Below are positions 28,235 through 38,753 of a DNA stretch of 64,000 bases, one piece after another (positions within the stretch are counted from its first letter, which is position 1; each line of letters opens with the position of its first letter). This DNA comes from Candidatus Auribacter fodinae (lineage in GTDB: Bacteria > Auribacterota > Auribacteria > Auribacterales > Auribacteraceae). The notes under the pieces were generated by a model. That model saw only the letters and a list, made by a program, of their open reading frames with translations. It made no database searches and was not told the origin of the DNA. The translations under genes were made by a program, and so were the position numbers. The stretch lies in contig QZJZ01000073.1 in the NCBI GenBank assembly GCA_003599815.1, positions 14,556-78,555 on the forward strand. The letters run 5' to 3'.

Positions 28235-31198
28235 TTATACTGCTGAATTCACAAGCAAAGATACGACATCCTGAAGGTCATTGATTTTAAAAGGTTTTGG
28301 AATGACCGCCTTGAAGCCGTAGTTGTGATAATTCGACATAACCGGGTCTTTGGAATACCCGCTCGCGACAATACCGGTCACCGTGGGATCAAATTTCAGT
28401 ATTTCCGCGAAAGCGTCTTTGCCGCCCATGCCGCCGGGGACAGTGAGATCCATGATAACCGCATCAAAAGGGTTTTCCGTGGAATACGATTTTTTATAGG
28501 ATTCCACAGCTTCCTTGCCGTCGCTGGCAACCTCAACGTTATAACCAAGATGTTCCAGCGCCTGTTTAAGCAGTTCCCGGATCATTGCTTCGTCATCCAT
28601 CACAAGAATATGTTTCTGCTTGCCGGTTGTTTTAGGTTGAGTTACCTCAACCGCGGCGGGAGTTTCGGGTTCCTGTGCTGACCGTACAGCGCAGGGGATA
28701 TAAATATCGGCAATGGTTCCTATGCTGAATGCGGATTTAACAGTAAGTAAACCGTGATGTTTCTTTATTATTGAGTAACTGGATGATAACCCCAGCCCGC
28801 TGGCATTTTGTTTAGTCGTGAAAAACGGGTCGAATATTTTTGGGAGGTTTTCTTCAGCGATTCCGGTGCCCTGATCGGCAATAGACAGCTTAATGTATGC
28901 GCCTTCAGACAGTTCGGAAAATTCACCATCCATAAGAAGGATTTCCACGGCGGAAACCGATATTTTTCCACCGTCCGGCATGGCTTCCACCGCATTGGTC
29001 AGGATATTCACTATAACCTGCCGCATTTGCCCTTTGTCGATGCATGCCGCCGAGAGAGTTTCAGGCATAGTGCATTCGACCGTGACATTTTCGAACCTGC
29101 TGATGGCGTGGATCGCGTCGTTTACGACATCGGTAAGTGACGCGTCACGTATGATCGGCGCGCCGCCGCGCGAGAATGTGAGGAGCTTTTCACTTAACGT
29201 TTTAGCGCGTAGCGCTCCTGCTTCTGCCTTGGATAATGTTTCCGGTTTCATGTCCAGTTTCGAGAGGGAAATATACCCGAGCACGCTGGTTAATGCGTTA
29301 TTGAAATCGTGCGCTATGCCGCCGGCAAGAACAGCGAGCGAGTCGAGTTTTCGTCCTCGCATCAGTTCTTCTTCCATTTCCCTGCGTTCGGTAATGTCGT
29401 TGCCGAAACCGATAATTTCCTGAATAGTATTTGAACTGGAATATTTCAGCGTGTAATTCCATAGGATAATGCGTTTTCCACCGTTTTTAGCGGTCAGCTC
29501 CATTTCATAATTACGAATGGGGCCTGTTTTTAACTGCTCGATAAATTCCCCGAACTGGTCATTTGTCATATCAGGATAACAGGTTTTCCACCATGATTTG
29601 CCGACAAGTTCTTCATGAGTGTAGCCGGTGATTTCCTCTCCGGCAGGGTTGACCAGCGTGGTTATGCCGTGTGCGTCTGTACTGCAGATAATGGCAGGGC
29701 TGTTATGAATAATCTGCTCGGTATGGTCGCGTTGCGCCCGGAGTTCGTTTTCCGCCTTTTTACGGTCGGTCATTTCCCGCCCGATGCCTGCCGTGCCTAT
29801 AAGTATCCCTTCTTCATCGATAATGGGCATGATAATGGTTTCTATCCAGATATCATCGCCGTTTTCCATAAAGATTTGCCCTTCGTTTCTCTGGCATTCG
29901 CCTGTGACCAGTATGTCCTGTTCGCTGTCAGTGTGTTGTTTTGCGAGTTCTTCAGGCCAGAGGTCGTATTCCGTGCATCCGGGTATACTGTCAACAGGAT
30001 GCCCGCATAAAGCGGCGTATGCTTCGTTTGCCGCAAGGAAAATACCGTTTTTGTCTTTGAGCCACGCAATATCGGGTATTGTATCAAGAATAGCTTTCTG
30101 CTGTTGCTGAACACGCGCTATTTCTTCATCCTTGAGTTTGCGTTCCGTAATATTCTGGGCGAAAACTATCATGTATTCGCTGTGGTCAAATGTCATATGA
30201 TTCGCCACCACTTCCGCAGGAATGCGGGCGCCGTTTTTCGCGGTTACCATGAGTTCCTGTTTTGTTGACACTCGCTTTCTCAGGACACTAAATGCTTTTG
30301 CCCATCGCGTTATGGAGATACCGGGGAAAACTTCCGGTACTGACAGCGAGGTTAGCTCATCCCGCGTGTATCCGAGCATTTCACAGGCGGCTTTGTTCGC
30401 GTATGCGATGCGTGAATCCGGGGAAATTATAGCTGTGGGCGTTACTATGTTTTCTATCATATAATGCATCAGCCGCTGGGTACGTTCGCTCTTGGACTGT
30501 TTTTTCAATAACAGGTATATCCATATCGATATAACCAGTAGTGAGAGGGGTATTATCAGTGCACCGACAATAATGAACCCTATGGAAAATGGTTTGAGGA
30601 TAGTGAAAATAGCTGTATCGACCTGTTCCCTGGAACGGAATATACCGACTGTCAGATCGCTCTCAGGCACTGGCAGGATAGCCGCTATCTGATTATTGCC
30701 GACAGTGGCGGTACAGGTTCCCACATAACGCATCTTACGGCTGATAAGGCTATGCAATGACCGTGTTGAGGCGTCGTTTGAATCAGAGAGGACAGCATCA
30801 GGGGCTTTCTCTCCAGCCGGCACGGATTTATTGGAATGATACAGCAGGGTGGAATTACTGTCAAATACGCAGAGGTATTCATCCTCTTGACGGTCTGATG
30901 CCGCGTCCCAGACGGTACGTATGGCATTTATGATGTCCTCATTGTTCTGCGCTTCTTTCTGCAAACCGGCGCTGTTCGCGATATAAGACACCCGAGCGAG
31001 GGAATCATCTTTAATATGCTGTTCTATAACGCATATTGACTTATAAAACGATATTGATCCGATGATGAATACCATCAGCCATGACCAGATACCTATACTT
31101 ATCGCCAGACGGGGCAGAACTGCATTTAATGGGGATTCAGGCGACAGGCCTGTGAATTCCTGATGTAGAGAATTGTGCTTTCTTAGCGTCATGACCAT
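28235..31198 (-). CDS. hybrid sensor histidine kinase / response regulator with periplasmic sensor and multiple PAS domains
   Basis: Two TM segments flank a ~150-aa loop, followed by about three PAS modules. H-box HDFNNALTSV, G-box DQGTGI...FDPFFTTK, C-terminal receiver ILVMDDE...IMDLTVPGGMGG. Confidence 0.9.
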   Translation of the reverse strand: MVMTLRKHNSLHQEFTGLSPESPLNAVLPRLAISIGIWSWLMVFIIGSISFYKSICVIEQHIKDDSLARVSYIANSAGLQKEAQNNEDIINAIRTVWDAASDRQEDEYLCVFDSNSTLLYHSNKSVPAGEKAPDAVLSDSNDASTRSLHSLISRKMRYVGTCTATVGNNQIAAILPVPESDLTVGIFRSREQVDTAIFTILKPFSIGFIIVGALIIPLSLLVISIWIYLLLKKQSKSERTQRLMHYMIENIVTPTAIISPDSRIAYANKAACEMLGYTRDELTSLSVPEVFPGISITRWAKAFSVLRKRVSTKQELMVTAKNGARIPAEVVANHMTFDHSEYMIVFAQNITERKLKDEEIARVQQQQKAILDTIPDIAWLKDKNGIFLAANEAYAALCGHPVDSIPGCTEYDLWPEELAKQHTDSEQDILVTGECQRNEGQIFMENGDDIWIETIIMPIIDEEGILIGTAGIGREMTDRKKAENELRAQRDHTEQIIHNSPAIICSTDAHGITTLVNPAGEEITGYTHEELVGKSWWKTCYPDMTNDQFGEFIEQLKTGPIRNYEMELTAKNGGKRIILWNYTLKYSSSNTIQEIIGFGNDITERREMEEELMRGRKLDSLAVLAGGIAHDFNNALTSVLGYISLSKLDMKPETLSKAEAGALRAKTLSEKLLTFSRGGAPIIRDASLTDVVNDAIHAISRFENVTVECTMPETLSAACIDKGQMRQVIVNILTNAVEAMPDGGKISVSAVEILLMDGEFSELSEGAYIKLSIADQGTGIAEENLPKIFDPFFTTKQNASGLGLSSSYSIIKKHHGLLTVKSAFSIGTIADIYIPCAVRSAQEPETPAAVEVTQPKTTGKQKHILVMDDEAMIRELLKQALEHLGYNVEVASDGKEAVESYKKSYSTENPFDAVIMDLTVPGGMGGKDAFAEILKFDPTVTGIVASGYSKDPVMSNYHNYGFKAVIPKPFKINDLQDVVSLLVNSAV

Positions 31199-31344
31199 GC
31201 ATCCTGTGATCTGAGTTAAATGTATACGCTATTTTTTTTATCGGCAGTTCTATCGTATTAATAAACAAGAAAATAGCAATTTTCCGTATTCATCGGGAAT
31301 ATGGTTGTGGAAATGAGAAAAAATTCGATTGGCAAACAAAACGA

Positions 31345-34300
31345 TTATGCTGAAGTATCAAGCGCACGCTGATGGTTTATCGCTTTGTTCAGCGTGTTGC
31401 TGACCGGTCGTACCGGCATGTTTACTTCGAGGAAAGGAGCTATATCGGCAATATCGATACCGCGGTTATTCAGCTGTGCGGTGAAATCGCCGAGCGATAA
31501 CGGTGTTTCCGGGTCGGTTTTCATTTGCCGGATTACATCCTGAGCAGTCGTAACAGCTATATGCTGTTTGAACAGAGATTGCACCACCCGTTTTTCACGG
31601 ATATCAAATATCGGTTTCAGCATACGCAGTACCACTGCTGATAGTTCATTCTGAGCAATCGGCGTATTAAGGAACGCGGAGAATTTTGCATTCATTTCGT
31701 CTTGCGGCAGAAGAAGGTTTTCTTCAGTTGCGCTGAATTGCCCGGTTGTACGCAATTGCCCTACTGCGTCAATAAGTTGTTTGTATGTTGGCGGAGCAGT
31801 TTGAGCCATAATGGCATATTGCGTGTAAATACTCTGAAACAGAGACAGGATTGACTGGTAATCCAGATAATTATATTCAGGGGTGATCACGATTCTGTCA
31901 TTTATGGAAACGACAAGCATCTCCGCAGGTAACTGTTCACTGCCAAGCGAGTTCAGGATATCGATCAGGAAAAGACCTGTTGAGATGTTTCCGTCGCTTT
32001 CCGTTGCGCTTTTTTCGATAACACGAACCGCGTTACCGTTCTGGCGAGCATAACCCGCGAGTGCTGAATCGGTTTTGTCGGTAACAATATATACCCTGTC
32101 CTGAAGAGAATCAAATGGAATTCCTGTGTCGCGATGCAGTATATTCTGCAGTTTCTGCTGAAGGAATATCTCTGCAATAACATCTTCACGCATTGCTGCG
32201 AATTGGGCATCCGACGGGGATGTTATGCCTTCCTGTCTGAACCGTTCCTGTATTTGCAGGTCGACATATCGCTGGTTGTGTGCGCCTGTCGCGTACTGGT
32301 ACAGGATTCCATCGGATGTGGAACGTTCATCAAAACCCAGAGCGAGAATATCGTCAAATGAATTGGATGTATCTCCCCGGGTGAACAGCGAGGCATCGAG
32401 ATGTTTGCGCAATGCCAGCCGGTCGCCTGATTCCGTATTCACGGCTATAACTATTGCGCGGCGGTTGTGCCTGTTGCGATGCTCGCGTCGGAATTCGCCG
32501 AGCGTGGTGCCGAGCGCGAAGTTGCCGGTATCGACATCTCTGGTAACCAGTGACGAGTCAACAAGAATAATGTCCGGATCCTTGGAAAATACATCGACTG
32601 AGCTGACGATGCGTGCTTTCAAATCGGTGATAACAGCAGGCAGGTAGGCTCGTCCCGCGTCGTACGGCATAAGCAGTAACTGCATCAGGAAATCTTCAGG
32701 TTTATGGAACGCGTTCAGCACGGAATCCAAATCTTTCAACGCATATCCGAACAGTTCCTGCAGTTCAATAGCGTGTTGGCGTTTGTCGGCGGACATTGTC
32801 TCATGACTGCGTATATTCTGCTGAATGTTTTTCCAGTACGATATTGTCTGATCGGCGATATCATGCAGTATGGCGGAGTGCGTTGTGGAATCAGCATCAG
32901 CATAAAAGGAGCTGAGTTCCGGGCGTCGGTTCTGAGTGAGTATGTTTTCTATTACATCAGTGTACCCTCGTACCTGCACTGCGATGAAATCATTGTCTGT
33001 GCGGGGAGTAAACGGTTTATTGGTGAACCGCTCCGCAGTGCGTGACTCCAGCATATCCTCGTAATTCGATTTTGTGTACGCTTCCACCGATTTTATCAGA
33101 TGCTTCTGTAAACTGGGGTCGGACAGCACCAGAGTATTGTCCGATTTCGGCATGGACGCGATATTAGACAGATAATTGGTCACCATATCAGGAGCGCCTT
33201 CTTTAGAACCGAAAGCCGCTACTTTATCCATGACATTGGAAAGATAAATCAGGTCAACATCTTTGCCTTGTGAAGAGAGGTAAGATGCCACGTCCGCTAT
33301 TTCCTCGCCCGCCCAGTTGGTTTCAGCGGCGAGCAGGCGTCCTTCAGTGATAAATGCCCGTGTTTTCTGGAACAGGTCTTCGTTGGATAACCATGTGAGC
33401 GATTGTTTTGCCCGCTGGTCAGCTTTTATAAGCTGTTCCAGCATATTCATCATATCAAAGCCTTTATTTCTCATTACTTCGTATTCCCACAGTTCGCCGA
33501 CATAAGGGCGTATATGGTCAGGGAAAAATTTCCCGAGCATTTGTGAGACGTTTTCAAGATATTTTGGAGATGGTTTGATATCCCTGAAAAAGGCGTATAT
33601 TTCAGGAAGTGTCGCGTCTGAAGATATTTCCATTGGAGTTTCGCCTTCTCTGGCATATCGCTGGAAAAACACATTCCCGTCGCGTACCACCCGCCGCACA
33701 GGGCGCGCGGAAAGCAGAGAGAGGTAATCAATGCGTGTAGGGGCAAAAGTAACCAGCATACTCCGAAGCGGTATAAAAAACTGGGTTATGACCGGGTTAA
33801 AATCAAGGATAACAGCTTGTTCTGGTTCAGCGGCGGCGATATATGAGAGGTTTACCCCGCTGGCGGCAACACCGACGTAGGTGTTATGGTATGCCTCTGA
33901 GCGCAATTGCCCGATAACCTGTTCCCATTGAGGTTCGTTCGTGGCGTACCATATGGGCAGTATCTTTTTTTCCGGCAGTTCGGATACAGGTGTTTCTCTG
34001 GAAAACCGGCGATGAAAATCATAATACGCTTCCATGTTCTTGAGAACCGTAGCGGCAACCTGTGCTGACGGTTGGTCATACTGGCCGTCAACGACAATGC
34101 CGATCATTTTGTCAAGCGTATTCAGAATATCGCGCGTGCTGTCAGGGCCTGTCGGTTCAGCTAGGAATACGTTATCAGGCAGGAGTTCTGGTGAAGAAAC
34201 TTTGCCTACCTGAAAATGTGTTGCGCGTAACGCCGCAAGCGCCATGCTTTCGTCATTTCCGTCGTAACTGTCGCCGAAAACGAGTATATCGTCTTCCGAT

Positions 34301-37300
34301 ACGGCAAGGCGGTTTGTAATAAAATCATTAATCGCATCGCCTTTGTCATTGGCTGATATATCTATGCTGTAATTGCCGGCAATGGCGGCTTGCAGGGGAA
34401 TCCCGTTTTTCTGCATGAGGTCAATGATATTATGGTATATTTGCCGTCGTACTGAGTCGGGATATGTTTCGCCCGGTAAACGTACTGTAATAAGCCCGTG
34501 ATTGACACGCAGGATGTACTTGTCAACATCCTGTTCGGCAACAATTTGTTTGACTGATTCGACAAAAGAATCATAGTTCTGCGTATTCTGAAATACGTCC
34601 TGTATGGTGATTTCGTAGTACGGTTTTTCCGCTCCGGTTTCATCAAAACCTTTAGCCAGCGACCCATTGTTAGCATATACGTGTAACCGGGACAGCTGTT
34701 CCGGCGCGAAACGGCTGACAACCCGTTCTTTTATACCGTCATAGACCTGTCCTGAAATAATGACTATATGAATACCGCGATCCATCAGTTTGCCCATGAC
34801 ATCGATTATTTCGTCAGGAATAGGCAAAAAGGCATCTCCTTCACGGATGGACAAAGTGCCGTCAAGGTCAAAGACAATGGCTTTCGGGCGGTCATTGAAC
34901 GTCTCAGGGTCACCGATAAACGCAAGCAGTTTGTCCAGAACAGCCTGCTGTTTTGCTGTCCTGCCTGACAGTAACGCCTTTGTTGATTCCGGCGCGGGTG
35001 ATGTCGGTATAAACTTCCGTTCTTCAGATACCCTGAACAGATCCGCCAGCACCGCAGGGTTGTTATATATACTGCTGATATTCGCGTCGCGGGTTTCTGT
35101 GTCATATGGTTTGTCCGCATGGCGGGTGACGATAAATTCCAGCCTGCGTGTATCGGAACCGGGTATGGATGAAACCTGCGCCTGATACAATGATGATTCC
35201 CCTGACAGCGCGAAAATGACCGGGTTGGTTCCTGTCCACTGGTCAGCATCAGCCTGCATCATTCCGATGAGAAAATCTATAACAACCGGGAGAGGCGCTG
35301 ACTGATCAATGATAATTTCAGTTATATTCTGTGTTTTGAGCGTATTAGTTATGCTTTGAGGCAATGATGTGTCAGGTGCGGTGATGCCTCTGGAAATAAG
35401 AGTTTGCGCCGTTTCGACAAATTCTCTGCCGGATTGCGTCAGTTCAATAAATTTTCCGGTATCTGTCTGGTTGATTTGGACTATCTGAGCGTCAAGCCAT
35501 TTCTGAACCAGCGCGTCGCGGACATCCGCATTGGCAAGAAACAATTTATTCAGATCATCCATCGGAAGCGGATTTTCCATTAACCGAGTCAGAGCAGAAA
35601 GGGTAACGCTATGAGCCGCTTCATGTTCAATATACGAGCCTTCACGCACGACAACTGTGATGCCGTCAAGGTTTATATCGGTCAGTATTCTGGATGCGTC
35701 GTCAGGGAAAAACTGCCGTTCCGCTTCGGATTCCGGTTTGAACGAGAAGGTATACTTTTTCCCGACAATTTCCATTTCAAGGATAAGTTCGCCGCTCAAG
35801 CCCCTGAACAGGTTAATGTACCGCATTTCCTGAAAGTTGCTGGAACCCCATTTTGCCAGAATGAACGATTCTATTCTGTCCTTTAAGTCGGATAAATTAT
35901 ATAACCCCTGTGATTCCAGTTCTTTAATGCCGGCGGCAGTCAGTACTGCCTTAAGCTCTATACGAAACGATTTCGCGCCTTTTGAGTCAAGAAGCGCATG
36001 CCTCGCAAGAAGCGAGGCGACCGCTAACGTGCTTCTGCTCTGGCTTGAAAACTGGGTAATCGCGTTTTCCAGAGCCTGCTCAAACGGCGAGCGGGTGTTG
36101 TTTAAACGGTCACGGTATAACTGGTAATGGTTGTGATCAGTCATGCCGGGCGAAACAATTGTGTATGATATAAGTTCTTCCGCCAGAATTTCCTTTATAC
36201 CCTCGACATGGAATCCGCCCACAACAAGGCACGCTTTTTCGCAGTTTTCTATTTCCATGTCTGAAAGCAGGTTGTCGATCATTGTGCGGTTACGCTGATG
36301 CGCTGTTTCGTAGAATAAAAGGGAGTTTTCCAGCTCGCCTGATATTTCCGGCAGGCCTGCGGTCAGTTCCGACGGCGCGTTATACTGCGCAAGAAACGCT
36401 CCAATGCTTTCCGGCAGGTACAGATCCTTTTCCTCAAGCAGGCGTTTATATTCGCTGGCAGACAGATCGAGGCTGAACAGTTTCGCCATAACGGCGAAGC
36501 GTGAACTCCACTGGTACACGGCGTATTGCCCGGGATCACTGAAAATCAGTTTTGCGAGCTGATCGTGAGCCGAGGCGGATTCGGCAATAAGCTGGGCATG
36601 GTCGACACCTTTTGACGTTTTCAGGTATTCGCTGTATATATGCAGTTGTTTGAATGATGACAGGTCAACGTTCTTTTCCCGAGCCAGTTCAAACAGCCGC
36701 GTGTAATAGTCAAATGGGGTAATCTTGTTTATCTGCAGGTCATTATACATGCCCGACAGGTACGATTCCGTTTCTTTCTCCGCGGCAAGAAGAGCAACCG
36801 CTTTATCCCGTTCGAATTCAAGGCGGAACGAGTCGATCTGCTTTTCGATCTCCAGTGAACGGTGAAGCATAGAAATAGCCGGATATTCGTTCAGTCCGGC
36901 ACCGTATTCGGTCATCAGGTCAACAAGGTACATGCAGTACTGGACAAACGACACTTCGCTACGCTGAACAGCCTGTGACATGGCGTCAAACTGTTTCTGC
37001 TGGAACCCGTATGAACTTTCCGCCATGTTGTAGGTAAATTTCTTTAACTGCGCTATATAATCCTGCGCCTGAACGGCTGATTCATTGAACGAACGGTACA
37101 GCGTCAGGTTTTTGATGTACAGCTCAGCGTTTTCCACACCGATGGTAATCGGCTGGTTTTCGTTCGGGCGCGCAATAATATTAAAATATTCTACGCCGTT
37201 GATCTTTCCTTCCTTAAGAAAGTATAAAGATACGGCTGACCGCGTTTTTTCCAGAGGAAAGGTGCGCAAATCCGATATGCCCAGCTCTCCGGCGGCGCCC

Positions 37301-37599
37301 TCCATCGCGATAATTTTTTTCTGCGGATCGGAAACGTACAAAGAGAGAATATCAGCGATATGCTGTTGAGCCTGAGCGTTGCAGTGGGCATCCATGATAA
37401 TCATGATTTCACGGTCGTCCAACCCGGTAAATGATTCCACGATGGTGCCTGTTTTAGGATTTGCCCTCAGCTCTTTTGTGAGCGTTTCCGGAAGGCTGTA
37501 CACGCTGGATACATACGTGGATAGAATCAATCCGGTGACAGCAATCGCCGCAACGGGATTGAAAAGATGACGAAATTTTTTATGCCATGCGTTTATCAT
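31345..37599 (-). CDS. giant (2084 aa) membrane-anchored multidomain protein with an embedded HAD-IIB phosphatase domain; overall function unknown
   Basis: Uninterrupted ORF with an N-terminal TM anchor. HAD motifs FDLDGTLS and FGDSYDGNDESM lie at roughly nt 34200-34890. The other segments are only weakly assignable. Confidence 0.8.
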   Translation of the reverse strand: MINAWHKKFRHLFNPVAAIAVTGLILSTYVSSVYSLPETLTKELRANPKTGTIVESFTGLDDREIMIIMDAHCNAQAQQHIADILSLYVSDPQKKIIAMEGAAGELGISDLRTFPLEKTRSAVSLYFLKEGKINGVEYFNIIARPNENQPITIGVENAELYIKNLTLYRSFNESAVQAQDYIAQLKKFTYNMAESSYGFQQKQFDAMSQAVQRSEVSFVQYCMYLVDLMTEYGAGLNEYPAISMLHRSLEIEKQIDSFRLEFERDKAVALLAAEKETESYLSGMYNDLQINKITPFDYYTRLFELAREKNVDLSSFKQLHIYSEYLKTSKGVDHAQLIAESASAHDQLAKLIFSDPGQYAVYQWSSRFAVMAKLFSLDLSASEYKRLLEEKDLYLPESIGAFLAQYNAPSELTAGLPEISGELENSLLFYETAHQRNRTMIDNLLSDMEIENCEKACLVVGGFHVEGIKEILAEELISYTIVSPGMTDHNHYQLYRDRLNNTRSPFEQALENAITQFSSQSRSTLAVASLLARHALLDSKGAKSFRIELKAVLTAAGIKELESQGLYNLSDLKDRIESFILAKWGSSNFQEMRYINLFRGLSGELILEMEIVGKKYTFSFKPESEAERQFFPDDASRILTDINLDGITVVVREGSYIEHEAAHSVTLSALTRLMENPLPMDDLNKLFLANADVRDALVQKWLDAQIVQINQTDTGKFIELTQSGREFVETAQTLISRGITAPDTSLPQSITNTLKTQNITEIIIDQSAPLPVVIDFLIGMMQADADQWTGTNPVIFALSGESSLYQAQVSSIPGSDTRRLEFIVTRHADKPYDTETRDANISSIYNNPAVLADLFRVSEERKFIPTSPAPESTKALLSGRTAKQQAVLDKLLAFIGDPETFNDRPKAIVFDLDGTLSIREGDAFLPIPDEIIDVMGKLMDRGIHIVIISGQVYDGIKERVVSRFAPEQLSRLHVYANNGSLAKGFDETGAEKPYYEITIQDVFQNTQNYDSFVESVKQIVAEQDVDKYILRVNHGLITVRLPGETYPDSVRRQIYHNIIDLMQKNGIPLQAAIAGNYSIDISANDKGDAINDFITNRLAVSEDDILVFGDSYDGNDESMALAALRATHFQVGKVSSPELLPDNVFLAEPTGPDSTRDILNTLDKMIGIVVDGQYDQPSAQVAATVLKNMEAYYDFHRRFSRETPVSELPEKKILPIWYATNEPQWEQVIGQLRSEAYHNTYVGVAASGVNLSYIAAAEPEQAVILDFNPVITQFFIPLRSMLVTFAPTRIDYLSLLSARPVRRVVRDGNVFFQRYAREGETPMEISSDATLPEIYAFFRDIKPSPKYLENVSQMLGKFFPDHIRPYVGELWEYEVMRNKGFDMMNMLEQLIKADQRAKQSLTWLSNEDLFQKTRAFITEGRLLAAETNWAGEEIADVASYLSSQGKDVDLIYLSNVMDKVAAFGSKEGAPDMVTNYLSNIASMPKSDNTLVLSDPSLQKHLIKSVEAYTKSNYEDMLESRTAERFTNKPFTPRTDNDFIAVQVRGYTDVIENILTQNRRPELSSFYADADSTTHSAILHDIADQTISYWKNIQQNIRSHETMSADKRQHAIELQELFGYALKDLDSVLNAFHKPEDFLMQLLLMPYDAGRAYLPAVITDLKARIVSSVDVFSKDPDIILVDSSLVTRDVDTGNFALGTTLGEFRREHRNRHNRRAIVIAVNTESGDRLALRKHLDASLFTRGDTSNSFDDILALGFDERSTSDGILYQYATGAHNQRYVDLQIQERFRQEGITSPSDAQFAAMREDVIAEIFLQQKLQNILHRDTGIPFDSLQDRVYIVTDKTDSALAGYARQNGNAVRVIEKSATESDGNISTGLFLIDILNSLGSEQLPAEMLVVSINDRIVITPEYNYLDYQSILSLFQSIYTQYAIMAQTAPPTYKQLIDAVGQLRTTGQFSATEENLLLPQDEMNAKFSAFLNTPIAQNELSAVVLRMLKPIFDIREKRVVQSLFKQHIAVTTAQDVIRQMKTDPETPLSLGDFTAQLNNRGIDIADIAPFLEVNMPVRPVSNTLNKAINHQRALDTSA

Positions 37600-37715
37600 A
37601 TGGATTTGCCAACCCGTTTTTATATATTATGGATTTTATTCTTCAACTGTAATATTATACACTATAATCGTCATAACAACAACGACATTACACCTTAATA
37701 TGCAAGGATCCGGTT

Positions 37716-38753
37716 ATGATTCGATTCGGTATTGTCGGCACAGGCCCGTTTTGCAGGGAATCGCATATTCTCAGCATCATTACCGCGGGCGAAGAAATAA
37801 CCGCTATTTACAACAGGGGAGAAGACAACCGCGTTGAAGCCCTGAAAATGATTTCCGAAGCCGGGGGCGAGCCTGAAATATTATCCGACCCGCATGCGGT
37901 ATGTTCTCATCCTGATGTGGACGCTGTTCTGCTCTGTGTGCCTCCATCTTTATTTCCCGGCCTGATACACACCGCTGTATGGTCAGGAAAACATATCTTT
38001 TGTGAAAAACCTTTAGCCGCAAACATAAACGATGCGCTTAGAATCGTGCAGTCGGTATCTCATGCAAAAACAGTGTTCCATGTTGGGTTTGTGATTCGAT
38101 TCAGTAATATTTTTCAGGAACTTATGAAAATCCTGCAGTCCGGCGCTGTCGGTACGCCGAAACAGGTGTGGTGCAGGTGTTATTCCAACAGCATCTGGCC
38201 GTACAGGACAGACAGTTGGGTCAACGATGAAACTTCTTCGGGCGGAAGCCTCAATTCGTGGGCGGTGCACGCCTTTGACCTGATGCAGGCTATGGCTGGC
38301 GGGTATCCTGTCCGGTGTAACGGTGTGGGCGGGCATATGGCACGGGAAAATACTGCCCTGACTGACGGCGCATACATCGGCGTTGAATACAGTTCCGGCG
38401 CCATTGGGTCATTGCAGTTGTGCAGGTACGCTCCCCGGGGTGACGACTGGATGATCGGGTGTATCGGTACCGAAGGAATGGTTGAGGCTGGATATTTCAC
38501 CGGAACGCTCTATCTTCGGCACACAGCTGACGATTCGTTTGAACAGGTGCAGGTTCCGGATTACGGGCATCATAGTTTCGACGGTATGCAGCAGCAGATG
38601 GATATATTCGTCGACGCCTGCGAAAACGCGGGTTCCACAGGATGCGGCTATCGAGAAGGCTACTATGCCACGGCGCTGGCGATAAGCGCGGAAAAAGCGG
38701 TCAGATCTCGTAAAACAATAGATATTCCGCACATAGAGGAGGTTACCACTTGA
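37716..38753 (+). CDS. Gfo/Idh/MocA-family NAD(P)-dependent oxidoreductase
   Basis: IRFGIVGTGPF Rossmann-type N-terminus, plus HIFCEKPLA. Confidence 0.75.
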   Translation: MIRFGIVGTGPFCRESHILSIITAGEEITAIYNRGEDNRVEALKMISEAGGEPEILSDPHAVCSHPDVDAVLLCVPPSLFPGLIHTAVWSGKHIFCEKPLAANINDALRIVQSVSHAKTVFHVGFVIRFSNIFQELMKILQSGAVGTPKQVWCRCYSNSIWPYRTDSWVNDETSSGGSLNSWAVHAFDLMQAMAGGYPVRCNGVGGHMARENTALTDGAYIGVEYSSGAIGSLQLCRYAPRGDDWMIGCIGTEGMVEAGYFTGTLYLRHTADDSFEQVQVPDYGHHSFDGMQQQMDIFVDACENAGSTGCGYREGYYATALAISAEKAVRSRKTIDIPHIEEVTT

